In this document: positions 12,968-28,825 of the stretch, in pieces | Layout of the letters: each line of letters begins with the position of its first letter | Numbering within the stretch: position 1 is the first letter of the stretch | Source: Felis catus | Lineage: Eukaryota | Direction of reading: 5' to 3' | Length of the DNA: 64,000 bases | Assembly (NCBI RefSeq): GCF_018350175.1 | Contig: NC_058368.1 | Location: forward strand, 90,026,001-90,090,000 | Notes under the pieces: model-generated | The model's input: the letters and a program-made list of their open reading frames with translations, nothing else | The model's database searches: none | What the model was told of the DNA's origin: nothing | Position numbers and translations under genes: made by a program

Positions 12968-15900
12968 TAAGTAATATTAATTTTTTTAATTAAAAATAGA
13001 CTTCCCAACATACCATTCTATTTCTCTTCCTAAAATTTTCATAGGCCTTTGTATAAACGAAGACACTCTTGAACACATTTTGTGTTAAATTCACGTTTTA
13101 GAATAAATTTCCAGCCTTATTATTACTAGGCCTCGTAATGTTCAGCCTTATCAGTTTTGTAAAGGGAAACGCTTTGCCTCACTTGTTTCTCCCTTCTTGG
13201 AGCAGGAGATTCATGGGGAAGCAATACCTTCACATTCCTGGGGACCTTTTCAGGGCTGAGGCACACACATGCCCATGTTACAGAATGTTCCATCCCTGAA
13301 GGTTGGTCCCACTCCTGCTGACCACAAAGTCAAAAAGAGTCCAAAGTCCAAAGAGGTGTCTGCATTGCCCAGCACAATGTTTTGAAACCTGAGGACACCT
13401 GAGCCCACGGACCACTTCTCCATCCTGTCCACCACTCCACAGGCCTTGCCATGCTTGTATCTGTTCACACATTTGTGTGCCTGCCAGGCTTTGTTTTACT
13501 CATGAAAAGTCATGCATGTTCGTTGTGGGAAAGAGAGAGAAAGCAAAGAGTGAGAGGCCCTGTTGGGACCCCTCCAGGACCCAAGAGGTGAACTGCAAGA
13601 GTCCTTTAGTGGGTTAACGGTTGTCCGTGAACCTCTCCAGTCCTTTCTCCTATACACAGATCCATACACAAGATACACCCTTTCAGTTTGGCTTATTAAA
13701 GTGCTTTCATACTACACGTAAAATTTAATTATTTGAAAAATAAAACACCCACAGTCCTACCACTTTTTTAGAATCACTTCTGTGATTCAAAATTTAAAAG
13801 AGGTAAAAGGCCCCCAGCTCTCCGTTGCTGCCTGGAGGTGGCCAGTGATAGCAGTTAGGTGTGTTTCCTTACTAACTTTACAGTGACACTCTCTCCTTAT
13901 TTATGCTGATACCAACATATCCGCATGTACTTATGTCCTTTTGAATTTATATTTTTCAGAAAGGGGATCAACTTTTATGTAATTGTTCTGCAACTTGCTG
14001 AGCAAGTCGGTTGATTTGTTCCTTATTTTAATTAAGGATCAAATAGTTCTAATATTTATTTTAAAAGAGGGTCCCCACTCTCTCCTTCTCATTTCTCACT
14101 CCCCAGAAGCAAACCCTGTTCTTTTAGCTGTCACATTGGTGTTTCTGTCTGTATATTGAAATAATAGTGGATCGCTATCCATTGGCCTTTTTTCAGTTGA
14201 GGACGTAAGGTACCAATTTAGCTCCATTTTACCCACCCAGACCCACTCCCTGCCACCTTTCCTGTCCCCTGCTTTCCCAGGTATTTACACTGTGGTGAAT
14301 TGTAAACCTGGAAATCTCAAGTTTGGGCCAGTATCGATAGTGTGTTTTACATCATCCTGACCCCCTACATGTTCTCCGCTGCACAGCCTCCTATTTATAC
14401 GACGATTGTATTTCTTTTCCTTTCAACATTTTGTCCCTGAAGTTAACAGTACTTGTTTTTTGATTTGTTTGCATTTCTGTTTTCATTGTTTTGTTTTTCA
14501 AGGATGGGGTGGTTTTCTATGCTCTACTTGCTAAGTTAACGCTAAGCCTTCTGCGGGGCATCTAGGTTTTCTCTCAGTTCACCCAGATGATGTGCTGTTG
14601 CGTCACCTGTGAGATCTCGCTCTTGGAGCCTCAGTGCTGCTCCCAGATGGATGGGCTGCCTCCATACCTGATGCGGAGGGATTGTCCTGGACCTGGCCCA
14701 GCATTTTCCTGGTGGTTCTCTTTGCCTTTTCCTGGTGTTGGACCCCCTGCTTCCGGACCCCTGTCCGATCTTTCTCGGATTACTCCCTTGTTTCGGTGGA
14801 ACACATCCTCCAGTAGCTTCCCCAGAAGTGGTGCATGGGAGGTAAATTTTCTGAGGCCTCGTATGCCTGAAACTCTTTACTCTGCCCTGCCACATGAGTC
14901 ATAGTATGGTTGGACATAGAATTCTCCGCTACACATCAGTCGCCCTCCAGGTTGTAAATGCAGCACCCCGTTGTAGTGTGGTATGATTTGGCTTTTGAGC
15001 TTTCTAACACCATTCTTCTTCCTGATCCTTTGCAAGTGCCCTGTTGGGTTTTATCTCTGGAATCTTCTAAAAATATTCCTTTATTTCTTGCATTCTAAAA
15101 TGTTATGATGATATGCCTTGATGTGGAAATTTTTAATTGTGGTGGGCACTTCGTGGCCCCTTCAGTCTGGAAGGCCATGCCATAGAGCTGTGAGAATTGG
15201 GGTGGGGCCAGGTTCTCACCAGGTGGGATGCAGGCCTCCACCACAGAGCCCCGTCTTCAGGCTTGCGCCCCTCACCCATGCCCTCCCTGGGCCACATACC
15301 AGCACATCTGTTGGTATTATGCCTGAGGCCCTAGTCTGGAAACTTGATTTCAGTTTTTCTCAATTATGGGCCAGTACGAGTGAAGAAGGAGCCCAGGCCT
15401 CTCTTCTGGGGTGAAGCTGGGGGGATCTGGAAGGTCTACCATTACCTTTACACAGATCTTTCCAAAACCTCCCTCAGTGTCCCATCCCTGCTGCACGCTG
15501 CCTTCTGGAGCACCTGTCGTTCACTTCCTGAGTGTCTCCTGGATTTGTGGTCCCCCTTGTCTTGCTTGGGCCACTCACTGAGGTTGGAATGTACTGTACT
15601 CAGTCAAGTCATTTCCTGCCCCTCTGCTGCTCTTTGTCCCCATAGAGCGCGTGGGGTTTTTCACTGACAGCATTGGCGTGCCAGGATAGGCTTGGATCTG
15701 CAGGATGCATTTTGAGAGAAGGCCTGTGAGGAAGAACTGGGGAGTGGACTGGAGCAGCTGGAGCAGGTGGAGAGGCCAGAAGGAGGCAGCACGGGTCTGA
15801 CCCTTTGGAGGGGTTGAGGGCAGAGCTGCAGGACAGCTCTCAGAAAGCTTTGCCCACCCTGGAGTCCATGAGCCACCTGCCAGGGAAGTCTGGTGTCTCA

Positions 15901-16149
15901 CAAGAAGGGGCTTCACGCACAGTCACTGGTCAAGAGCCACACAGGTCAAGAGAAGCTCCCCGATGCTCCCCATGGGCCTCTCTTCCTGAGGGGAACTGAG
16001 AGGAGGTAGGCCACTGGGACAAACTATAGGTCCTGTCATTGCAGCTGCTCTCTGGGCCCCAAAAGATGCTCATTCTCTCCCTTCTCCATTCTCCCTACCT
16101 TCAGCCACCACCTTGGCAGGTCACTATGGCTTGCCTACATGTGACCCAA

Positions 16150-16700
16150 ACCTTCAGATCTGAGGGGTCTGACTCTGGTGGCTCACGGTGGGCCACTGGA
16201 TCCATGGATCCACCCGGCAGTCACCTCCCCAGCCCTGCAAGGGTATGATTGGAAAGGATACACTTGGCAGTTGGAGTGACCTCTGCATTGGTTCCTTGGC
16301 CTGTGAGGTAAGAAGTATCACGATGGGGAAGGCCAAGTGGAAACATGAGACTGTCCCCTCAACTCAAAAATATTATTGATCTCGGGGGGTTGGGAGGGAT
16401 AGAGGAGATTAGCGCCACCATTGCAACTTAAGGAATTCAGGGATAGCGGTTCTGTCATATCTCAGTTTGACTCACTAGTCCAGCCCGGAAGAAACTAGGT
16501 GGTCCTAGAGAGTGTAGACCTATGCGACATAACCAGCTCATAGTCCTGGTTGCAGCTGCTGTGCACAACGTGGTAGAGTTGCTGGAACGATTAATAAGGC
16601 CCCAGGGACGGCGTGAAGCCATTGATTGCACAAATGCATTCATCTACACGGATTGGAAAAGAGGATCATAACATAGCTGGAAGAGGTCTGGACCAGTCTC
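16150..16700 (+). mobile_element. Degenerate ERV-L/MaLR-class internal (protease-RT junction) fragment
   Basis: broken frames read IGKDTLGSW..IGSLACEVRSITMGKAKWK, AAAVHNVVELLE and AIDCTNAF, resembling ERV-L pol IGSL..VRAIMVGKAKWK, AAAVPDVVSLLE and AIDLANAF. Confidence 0.75.
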
Positions 16701-17399
16701 CATGTTTTACCCGGCCTCCCAACCCCCTTCTAAGTGGGTCTTCAAGTTGCAAGGTCCATGCAGAGCTTTTGTCCAGTAGTCCTCCAGATAACTGCTTAGC
16801 CTCCCATGCCAAGGTTCGGTCACCCAGGCGAGTGGCTATAGGTACCTGTGGGGAAGAATTGGGAAAATCAAAGCAGTGGATGTTTGTCCCCATGTGCAGA
16901 GTCCTCCTTCCTAGGATACCTCTTCAGTCAGTGGGTTCTGATCTGAGAAGTGACCAGGCCTTGTGGTGCTTTGTGGGGTGATGCCCTCGGCCTCCTCCTC
17001 TTCCGCTGCTCTCGCCCTTCTTCGGTTACACATGCTTTGTGCACTCTTGTTGGCTGTCCCAGGGATGCCGCACTCTGTTCACTATCCCCACACCCTGTGG
17101 GTCAAGCCCCAAGTTCAGGTGTCCTTCCTATTTTAATGTGTATTTCTTATTTTCCTTGTTTGGGGTGGTTTTCAAGATTTAAAGGGACAGAACTGTCTTG
17201 ACTCTGCTGCCTTGAAGCTCTAAGTCCAGTTGGTTTTGGAAAGCTGCCCCTGGCTTTGTGTGAAGGCTGATGAGAGAGCGGCACGGAAGTGGGGAGCCTC
17301 CCATTAGCAGGCATCCAGAGGTTGGCCACCTGCCCCAAAGCCTGCCAAGACCACTGTCTACACCGGACAGCCTGATTTGCATTTTATTATCACAGTTTT

Positions 17400-17413
17400 C
17401 CAGCAGATGGCAG
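17400..17413 (+). promoter_or_regulatory. CTCF core motif match
   Basis: CCAGCAGATGGCAG matches CCASYAGRKGGCRS at all 14 positions. Confidence 0.55.
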
Positions 17414-17475
17414 TAAAGTATGTTCCAACCAAATCAGTAGCCGACAAGAATCTTCTGACAGGTGAAAGGGGCATG

Positions 17476-18410
17476 TTTTCTTTTCTTTCTTTTTTCCAAA
17501 TTTAAATTCAGGTTAGTTAACATACAATGTAGTCTTGGCTTCAGGAGTAGGACCCAGTGATTTCATCTCTTACATATGACACCCAGTATTCATCCCAACA
17601 AGTGCCCTCCTTAATGTCCATCACCCATTTAACCCATCCCCCTACCCACCTCCCCTCCAGCATCCCTCAGTTTGTTCTCTGTATTTAAGAGTCTCTTATG
17701 GTCTGTCTCCCTCTTTATTTTTATCTTCTTTTTCCTTCCTTTCCCCTATATTCATCCGTTGAGTTTCATAAATTCCACATATGAGTGAAATCATATGGTA
17801 TCTTTCTTTCTCTGACTGACTGATTTCACTTAGCATAATACCCTCTAGTTCCAGCTACGTAGTTGCAAATGGCAAGATTTCATTCTTTTTCATCACCAAG
17901 TAGTATTCCATTGTGTATATATACCATATCTTCTTTGTCCATTCATCAGTCAATGGACATTTGGACTCTTTCCATAATTTGGCTATTGTAGATAACACTG
18001 CTATAAACATTGGGGTGCATGTGCCCCTGCAAATCAGAATTTTTGTATCCTATGGATAAATACCTAGTAGTGCAATTGCTGCGTTGTAGGGTAGTTCTGT
18101 TTTTAATTTTTGAGGAACCTCCACACTATTTTCCAGAGTGGCTGCACCAGTTTGCATTCCCACCAACAGTGCAAAAGTGTTCCCCTTTCTCCACATCCTC
18201 ACCAACATCTATTGTGTCCTGAGTTGTTAATTTTAGCCATTCTGACTGGTGTGAGGTGATATCTCATTGTGGTTTTGATTTGTATTTCCCTAACGAGTGC
18301 TGTTGAGCATCTTTTCATGCGCCTGTTGGCCATCTGGATGTCTCCTTTGGAGAAGTGTCTATTCACATCTTCTGCCCATTTATTCACTGGACTGTTTTGG
18401 GGTGCTGAGT
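17476..18410 (-). mobile_element. 5'-truncated carnivore L1
   Basis: minus-strand ORF 18199-18387 reads [36 protein letters not shown] (L1 ORF2 C-terminus), followed by L1 3' UTR and tail. Confidence 0.92.
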
Positions 18411-19754
18411 GTGGGCATGTTTTCTAACTCACTCTGCAGTTCATTGAACTGGCCAGTGGTGCAGCTGTAGTAACCCTTCTCCCTGTGGCTGTGCTTTAGA
18501 TCCAAGGCCAGAGTGTATTTCAGGGGCTGCTGGGTGGCAAAGTATAGACATTACAAATTTTTCAAAAATCAGCCTCCTAAAAAGAAAGCACCTATTGACA
18601 TCCCCACCAACAGTGTAAGGAAGGTTCTGTGTTGGCTTCTCCTGCCAGCCCGGGATATTATCATGATTTTCCTCATTGCCACGGGAGAGACCAAAAATAG
18701 CTCCTTGTCATTTGGAAACTTAAAAAAATTATAATAATAATAGTTTTTTTTCACAAAGTTGAGCATTATTTCGTTTGTTAGCAATTTGTATTCTCAGTTT
18801 GCCACAGTCTTTGGTTTTAAAAAAAAAAAAAAGAAACTAGGAACAGGTTGGTTTATTTTGCCTTAGCTGTATTTCTGCCTCCTCACAAGGAAGAGTCACT
18901 GGTTTGCGTGAGGGGCTGATTCAGCGCCTGCAGAATTGTGGGTGTGGGGTGGTGGTGCTCCCCCAAGTCTTTCCCACATCAAGACACACGGAGAAGGTGG
19001 TCACATGGTGCTCTGGGGCCGATGAGGGGCCAGAGCATCTGCATGGGAATTGGTAGGAATTTTCATTGCAATTTTCACACATTAGATATTTAAACCAAAT
19101 CCAGGAAGTTTGGAAGGAGAACATTTAACAGTAATGGAACATAATTTCAGCTGATGCTATTTTTAAGTGGTTTCCTGCTTATCCTGCTAACGCATTGTAG
19201 CCATCACACACACCTGTGTGTGCTCATCTGTGACACATCACTTGGAAAGCGTTAGTCAGGTAGGTACTGGGCCTGAAACCTCACACCTAAAGCCCTCCCA
19301 GGTCCTCCTGTGTGATGTGACTTGGGAAAAGAATAGATGGGGATAGTTTGGAAGGCAGTGTCTAGGGTGAGTTTTCAGGCTGCTGTCTCAGGCCGAAGTT
19401 GGATTCCTGTGGCCTGAGGAAGGTTCTGGGATCGGGGGTGGAAGGTGGGGTCACCATGAAAAAAGGCCTGGGGTTGTGGGGGAAGAAACTGCAGAAATTG
19501 TGTTCATGTGTTCAGGGTATGGGGTATAGGCGAGTGTGACCTGTGTGTTCACACAGCAAGCATTTTCTGAGCTTCTGCTACGTCAACCTGGGTTCTGCAT
19601 CTCCTGTCACAGAACTGGTGCTGGCAGGGGAAGATGAAGGTGCCTCAAGGGTGGGGTGGGCTTTCTTTTCGGAGAGAAGGAAGTGATTGTGGAATTCTTT
19701 TTCTGAAAGAAGAAAGAGCCATCCGAAGGTTGCAGAGTCAGAGAATTCTAGCTC

Positions 19755-20270
19755 CGTGCTGTGCAGCATGGCAGCCACTAGCCGCATAAGGTTGTTGAGC
19801 GCTCAGAATGTGGCTGTTATTATAAATACACAGATGTCAAAGACAGTACCAAAAACAGAATGTAAAGTATGTCATTAGTAATTTGTATATGTTGCTTACA
19901 TTTTAAAATGATAACACTATGGGGGCGCCTGGGTGGCTCCATTGGATGAGCACCTGACTCTTGATTTCGGCTCAGGTCATGATCTCACTTGTGCACTCCA
20001 CATTGGGCTCCATGCTGAGTGTGGAGCCTGCTTGAGATTCTCTGTGCTTCTGTGCTTCTGTCCCTCAGCCCCGCTCATGCTCTCTCTCTTTCTTTCTAAA
20101 ATAAAACAAAAACAAAACAAAAATAAGATGATAATATTGTGGATATATTGGGTTAAATAAGGTAGAGTATTAAAATTCATTCCACCCATTTGTGTTCATT
20201 CTTCCTGGTGTGGCTACTAGCAAATGTAAGTTCAGTACGTGGCTTACATTATATTTCTGTGGGCAGCAGG
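19755..20270. mobile_element. hAT-Charlie MITE (MER33/MER3-like) interrupted by a SINE at 19921-20126
   Basis: ends tgctgtgcagcatggcagccactagcc... and ...gtggcttacattatatttctgtgggcagca. Confidence 0.55.
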
Positions 20271-20580
20271 ATGAACAGGAGGAGGGATGGGTGGGCTCTG
20301 GGGAAGCACTGAGGAGGTTTTAAGCAAAAGGATGTCACGAAGCTTCCCACATGGGCCTGAGGGTGACCATCTGACTCCTTTAGGCTGATCTGTATTCATT
20401 TCAACTTAAGAGAGAAACATTTTCCAAAATCCCAGTGTTCAGTTCTAACTCTGCCTGCCCCCCCCTCCCCGTTTCCCCCAGAACTCAGGTACATCAGCAA
20501 CCCCCAGCTTCACAAATCCCTACCCACACAGTGTTGTCCACTCCTGTTCATTGTGTTCATTTAAACCATTTCTGCCCTAG

Positions 20581-20757
<177 letters not shown>

Positions 20758-21386
20758 TGACACATGGCTGCTGGTCACCACCAGCCTTGTCCCGTGAGCC
20801 AAAGGAAGCACAATGTGGGGGCTGCATTATACACAAGTCATTGTGGCCCATCTCTACTGGCAGAAATCACCCACTGTTACAAATTCACTTCCAAAATGAG
20901 TATCTGTGAACATCTATCAAAGTATAACATATTTATTATAGAGAAGTATGCAAATCTATAACAGCAGTGGTACCCAAGACCTCCCCAGCCCACCTCCGGG
21001 TCTCAACCCCCAATGGAAGCCACTATCCTAATTTCCAGCACCAAAGCTTACTTTTACTCATTGGTGAACTTGGTATAAATGGAATAATACATGTTCTCTT
21101 TTGTGTAAAATGGGTTTTTTAACACCAAAACTTAACTTACTGTAGCAATATCAGAGCTCTTTGTAACTTAGACCTTGACAAATTTGTCAAAAAGAACTCA
21201 ATCACATTTCCTTGCTAAGAGTCTGAAAGTTTGCACAAGTCATCGGGGAATGAGCTGTGCTTCAAGTTTTAGATGCTCTGTAAGCAGTGTTCTGACTCTG
21301 ACAGATGAGGGACACAGCCCTGTGGCTCCCTGCTGGCTCCTCCCGCCCCACCCCCACCTGCAGTAAATAGCCCTCTGCCTGGCTGA

Positions 21387-21902
<516 letters not shown>

Positions 21903-22047
21903 TGAAAGCCAGAGGAGAGGCCAGCACTCATTCGCATTGTGTAAAAAGTTCACCCTTAGCCAGCAATTTATTTTTCCATATTTGTGTGTTTAGTACACTG
22001 TTAGAATTCCTTTTCCTCACCTTTGTTTTGTTCATGGCACTTCATAA

Positions 22048-22323
<276 letters not shown>

Positions 22324-24489
22324 TAATGGTTTTATTAAACCAATTATATTAGTTTTTAATTTTATCAAAAATAGCTTAGAAATTTACTTACTCTTTGACA
22401 GATGTATTCTGATATTTAAGTGAAAATACCATTTATTAGACCATTCAGTTAATTTAACAAGGAAAGTTGCTATCTAAATTTAATAAGCCAATACCCTTGT
22501 GTCATTTAATTAGCATACCATTTTGTTAGTTACCAGTATGGATTAAAATATTTTCCCCCCAAAGTAAGAACTGAAGCACACTACATAGGACCAAAGTAAA
22601 AGAGAATAAAAGGAAAAGTTTGTGAGGAACAGGATATGTTAATTTTCTTACCTATTACTCTGCTGACATTTTGTAGAAATTTTTAAAAGATCCATCTAGA
22701 AGGTTCTTTTGTGACACACCTGGAGAAGTCTTAATAAATATAAAATGCAAAAGATTAATTTATACTGTGGTTAGCAAATCACGTTAATGACATCAACCAT
22801 AAAAGAGAAGAGATAATGTAATACTTATAATAGCTTTCTTTCCTCATATTCCTCCATCGTTAATATTTTTTACTCTAACATGGTTCTTCACATATTCCCT
22901 TTTTCATTTGTGTTCCACTTACTATTTTCATTAGTCTTTGATTTTGTTTTTTCGTTATGAAAGCTTAAAGTGGTCTCTGTCCATTGGCAGATTGATGGTT
23001 AATTTTAAAGGAAACCAAGCTGTGTAGTCAGTGTTTTGTATGTATTTTATTAAAGTTGCTTTCATTTTTTATAATTTTATAAGGGTGGTTTTCTTGTAAC
23101 ATAAATTCTTTACAACACAAACATGGAATGAAAGGATTTTGTTCCTGTCATTTTATTTGCCTTCCTTGACATTTTTCACATCACAGATTTTATGTGGAGT
23201 TAAATACAGCATTTTATTTTGTTCTAATAAATTTTCCAGCAGTTTTTCGTAGCCTTTCCTTTGATTTGCTTGTTCCAAACTATAAATAAGTCTACAAACA
23301 GACTCAGTTTAAAAAGGAAAACTTGATAAATTCTAAAGATAAATAATTTAGAAGTATCTATTTAACATCTCGTTTGTCTCAATTCTTATTCATTTTATGC
23401 CTTTCCTTTTTTTAATTGAATGTTTTCTTCAGAAAGTACAAAAACGAAAACTGTGAATACTTTTTGGAGCATTATTAAGTAATTTAAAATTCCTACTTTA
23501 CATATTACCATCTTGCAGTGTCAATAATTAATAGTTTTATATATAAGGCCACCTAATGTCATTCTCAAAATACACACCGAGGTTAACGTCATTCTCCAAA
23601 GACAGTTTTGCCCACACCTTCAAACATTAGATTAAAAATTGTAAGCATGGAAAAAGATTCTGGAAAGCAGACTGCAGTTCTCTGAGATTTGCTTTCAGAT
23701 GTATGATCTGGGATAGAACAGGAATGCCTGTCCCCACAGTAGCCCACAAGGAAAAGACAGCCTCAGCCAGACCACCTTGGGTGCACATGGTGGCTGTGCA
23801 TGCTGGATGAGTCAGGGCCTCTCTGAGCCTTGGTTCCTCTTGGGTATAATGAGAAGCCCGTGGTAGCTAAGGGACGGTAATGCACGCACACACCTGGAAG
23901 ATCAGCCAGGCTTCTTGGGATGGTCTTTTCCTTTCCCACCACCCTTTAGTCTACAAAAACGACCCTTTATCATGAACACACTAGACATTTATTGAGCGCC
24001 CACCCATTTCTAGGCTCCTGTCTGACTCACATTGGGAACAGTTGTTGCAGCTGCTGAGCTCAAGCCAGACTGTCAAGGGCATGAGCAGAAGCAGGGAGAT
24101 GAAGGGCTGTTTCAGTTGTTCGGTGAGAAGGGCTTGAATGCCGCACAATTCTGCTTCGGCATCAAGTAGGAACAAAAGAGTGAGGGAAGAGAATACACTA
24201 GTGACTCAAATGGCCAGGACTCCTCTCCCAAGCAGGACTGCAGATGGCCAACATTCTGGAAGAACGGAGTTGTCTTCTTTGTTCTTCTAAGAGCATTTCT
24301 GCCGCCTGGGTTCTTTCATAATGATGTACTTGCATTTTTCTGAGACAAACCTCTATTAGATTTTTCTAAAAACTTTTAAAAACTGCTTTTTAAACATTGC
24401 TGCCTACATGATTTTTTTCTGTCCTACGATCTCTCGTATAATTGTTAACAGTTTCAGAATCCCTCTCCACCTTATTATTCCAAGCCCCC

Positions 24490-24615
24490 TGTGAAACAGG
24501 CAAAGCTGATATTTTCTGCGTTTTACAAACAAGGGAGTTGAGACCCAAGGGAGACTGACTGCCCGGCACCTGATGCATGTCTAGTGCACAGTGGAGTCTG
24601 GAACCCAGGTCATGT
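24490..24615. mobile_element. MIR fragment
   Basis: ttttacaaacaagggagttgagaccc..ggagtctggaacccaggtc resembles the MIR core. Confidence 0.45.
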
Positions 24616-25186
24616 ACTTTGAAAGGAGATAAAATGTGCTCCAAGGTACTGCAGTGATGGGCATGGCCAGTGCCAAGTAAAACACAATGACCTCCCAAAG
24701 CTGTCTAAGCCCAGTTACAGGAAGGCATGTGGTCCTGTGAGAGAGGACGAGGCTCAGAAAGCCCCAGCTCATGTGCCGCACCCCACCTTAGACCAAGGAC
24801 TCAGATCTGTCCACTTTAGGGAGCTTTCCAATCTAAGTAACTTTGATGTGACAATTAATTTCAGTCTGCCTAAGTAATATCTAATTTCATCTTTAATCAC
24901 TTCTGTCATAAGTATTCTTCAGTTACAAGATTAACTGTATTTTGATCTAGAAGGGGAAGGCATACATTCCTCAGTGTGTTGGTTTAATAAACCATGATCA
25001 GAGTTTATAAAGGAGCAGAGTTTTTAAAAGTAGTGTCAACTTTGGAGACCCCAACCACCATGTGAATATTATTTTAGAATACCTCGGCTGCTCCAGTGGG
25101 ACAGCCTAGTTAATTACCTGTCAGTAGGCGAAAATAGGATCTAAGTGTTTCTTTGAATAATGCTACTCCGTGTAACGTGACTGTAA

Positions 25187-25516
<330 letters not shown>

Positions 25517-26530
25517 TAACATACTTGAAACTCTCAAAGTTATTTACTAGAATGAAGGCTTGGTGGAGAGAAAGCCTAAAAGACCTAAAAGTTCTGTCCT
25601 CGATAAAATGGCCTCACTGAGCCTTTGGTCCAAATAAAAAGGTTCACGTCAGTCTGAAAGACTCTGATGTTAATTACAGCAATTGGAATTCACACAGTTT
25701 TCAGGCATAAGGAATAAGGAATACTTGAATTACAATTCTAGCCCAATTGAAGAGTCAGAAACTGTATTACAGTTCAATTTAAAAAGTTTCTCCTCCCTTC
25801 CACCTGTGCCCACCTCTAAAAATGTGATTTAAGGCAAAGAACAGATTTCTCTCCACATCAGGGCAAAACTGTGCCTCAGTCAGAAAAACCCCATCTGTCC
25901 TTTGCCCACCCATGTGAGCTTTAATTGCTGAAACCTAGGTGAGCCTTATATTTGACTGAGTTATTGAACTTGTTGGGTTTTTTCCTAACAACTGATCTCT
26001 AGATTTTTTTTTCAAGTGTCTGTTGCCAACATTCTATACAGGTCAGCATAGCAGAAATATCTGCGAAGTGTTGTCTAGTGTGCAAACGTGAGATTATTTG
26101 TATGGCTTAAAAGGTCCTCTAATTTCATTTTGATGGGACATCAGGCGGGAAAAAAAGCCTGCCCGTGTTTCATGCCTGCACTTCGGACAGTGCCGCCCTT
26201 AGCTGCATCCTGTGCCTTCCCTGGTGGGTCCTACCCCCCCACCCCAGACCCCCCCTTCAGCCTCCGGTTGGCCTGTGTCCACCTGGTACCCTTTCCCCAG
26301 GCCCTGCCACCCCTCCTCTCCTCCCAGATCCAGAGGCAAGAAACCACTTTTGAAAATCTGTGTAGTGAAAGTGTAGTGTAGTGATGTGTAGTGAAAGTGG
26401 CTGCTTGGCTCATTAAAGAAAAAGGCTCGATTGATCAGGAACCTGTCACAAATTTCTCAAGGATCACACATCTTTGTTCTCTCTGTACTGTCATGTTGTC
26501 TTTATACAATTTCCTGTGTCTGAGCATTAG

Positions 26531-26755
<225 letters not shown>

Positions 26756-27739
26756 TAGTCCAGAGTGGCCACATAAGGATAGTAAGTTCTAGATTTCAAA
26801 GGACCCCTGAATACAAAGGGGCCTACAGTCGTCTGGGACCTGGTTCCCTTTGGGGACACTTGCTGCGGGGGCTGCAGCTCAGTGTAGTTCGGGAGGGAAC
26901 ATGCTTCTGCGGTGGAGAGACTATTCCTTTGCGCAGATGCTCATGTGTGATTGTACTAACATTGCCATTTGCTAAGCTTCCATTGTTTGCCTGGCACTGT
27001 GCCATGTGCGCCTTGCTTGGAACACCTTCTTCAGGCCACCCCATCAGAGAGGCTAAGAAACTCGCTGAAAGTCACAGGTTTATTTATCCTTCCCTCAAGG
27101 CACCTGCCAGGGGAGTCCCGCTTCCGAGTTTGGTGCCCAGGTGCATTTTTCCTTAGCGGCACTGGTGTGGATAACCTCTGACTATGAGCAAAGTAACCAC
27201 GTAGTGGCAGGCTCACTTTATGCCACCGTAGAGCACATTTTTATGACTTGGCCTATGGATTTAACCACCACACGAAACACTGTTTTGTGTGCAAGGAATC
27301 CTAGTTATAAGCATGTGATTTTTAAGTAGGTTTTGGGAACAGCCCACTGTGAGTTGAGGATTGGGTTTGGGGGCTCTACCATGAAGCACTGCAAACCTGA
27401 GCTCTATTCCGTACCTTCCGGATTTCCTAGCCCTTCCCTTGTCTGGGGCAGGTCTCCAGAAAACAGCCTTTGATTACCACTTTTTTAGTTCCATTTGGGC
27501 AGATGTCATTAGAGTGGAGGTCACGTGATTGTTAAGAGGGCCATATTTTTTTGGTTAATTTTTTCCCTAATTATTTTGATTCCAAAACTGATGTAATATC
27601 ACACTTAGGAGGAAATCTCTAAGAAGCCATATATTGCATGAAAGCCACATGACAAATAGATTAGAATCTTCACAGTGATGTTATGGTCTTATTCATGCCT
27701 CATTCCTGTTTTAACCATTGACTTTAACTGTGATTTCAG

Positions 27740-27803
27740 CCACCACCTCAGATTTATGATGCCCAGTTGGAAGAAAGAGAGCATGCAATCGAGGAGTGGA
27801 AAG
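27740..27803 (+). CDS. MAPK9: JNK2 coding exon, ~aa 333-354 (PPPQIYDAQLEEREHAIEEWK)
   Basis: tttcAG acceptor, GTAAGG donor at 27804, 64 nt. Confidence 0.97.
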
Positions 27804-28825
27804 GTAAGGGCTGATTTTGCCCCTTACTCATGGCACTTCTTCAAGTCCTGTAAAGGGGCGGCTTTTCACTTGTTGCAGTAGCCTTCCTAGGGAACGGGCA
27901 GAGTCTCTCTTGGCCCATCTCTTGCCCCTCCCTGGTAGAGAAGGAAATTGAAGATAACAGAATTAGAGAGGAGCACATTGGAACTGCATACCATTTGCTT
28001 CCAAAGATTGTAAGATTGACCAAACAACCCACCGCAAATTCAGCCAGTAATCAGGAGGTTGAACTAATAATTTTTCATTAAAAAGCAGAATCAGGGGTCA
28101 TTGAGAAAGAACCCTGGTCAGTGCAGGTCAGAAGTGGCAATGGGTCTTGCCCAAGCAGATTATGTCTGCTTTCCCCAGGGTATCGGGGATGCCGTGACCT
28201 TCATGAACACTCAACAGGGTGACACACATGACCACACTCTGGACAAGAGCGGCCTTGTGAGCCTCAGGAAATGCTTGCAAGGTGCTCATCCTGGTTCACA
28301 AATACCAAAATTGTAGAAACCCCTAATGCATCTTTAGTAGGTTGTTAGCTTTTCTCACCAGGGAGGATGGAAGAAACTGAAGTTGAAGCCAAGAAATGAC
28401 TGAGGAATTTGGATTAATTTCTGGCCACTCTGGAGGGGCTTCTGGCCGACATATGGGTACTGGTTCCATTTGGAGAATCCCAAGTAACGATGGAGAGAAA
28501 CATGTGCAAACAGTACAAAAGCATCCAATCCTTTAAAATGTTCTATGAGAGCCACTTTACTAGTCCCCTGCCCCTCGTAAAACCCACATGTGAATTTACA
28601 ACTGCCTGCATTTTTGGCTGCCTTAACAGTTGGGCTGAAAGATGTAATGGATCAACAAAGTGTGGATGTTGTGATCTAGGCAAAAGATATTATTGAATTA
28701 ACTGTATATCACAATTAAAAATAAGACACCACAGTGCCCTTGGAGGGGTTTCAATTGATTTGGAAGCAGGGTTCAGAGATGCAGAGAAACTGATGGAGCC
28801 TTTTAACTTGCATTTCTGTTTGAAG

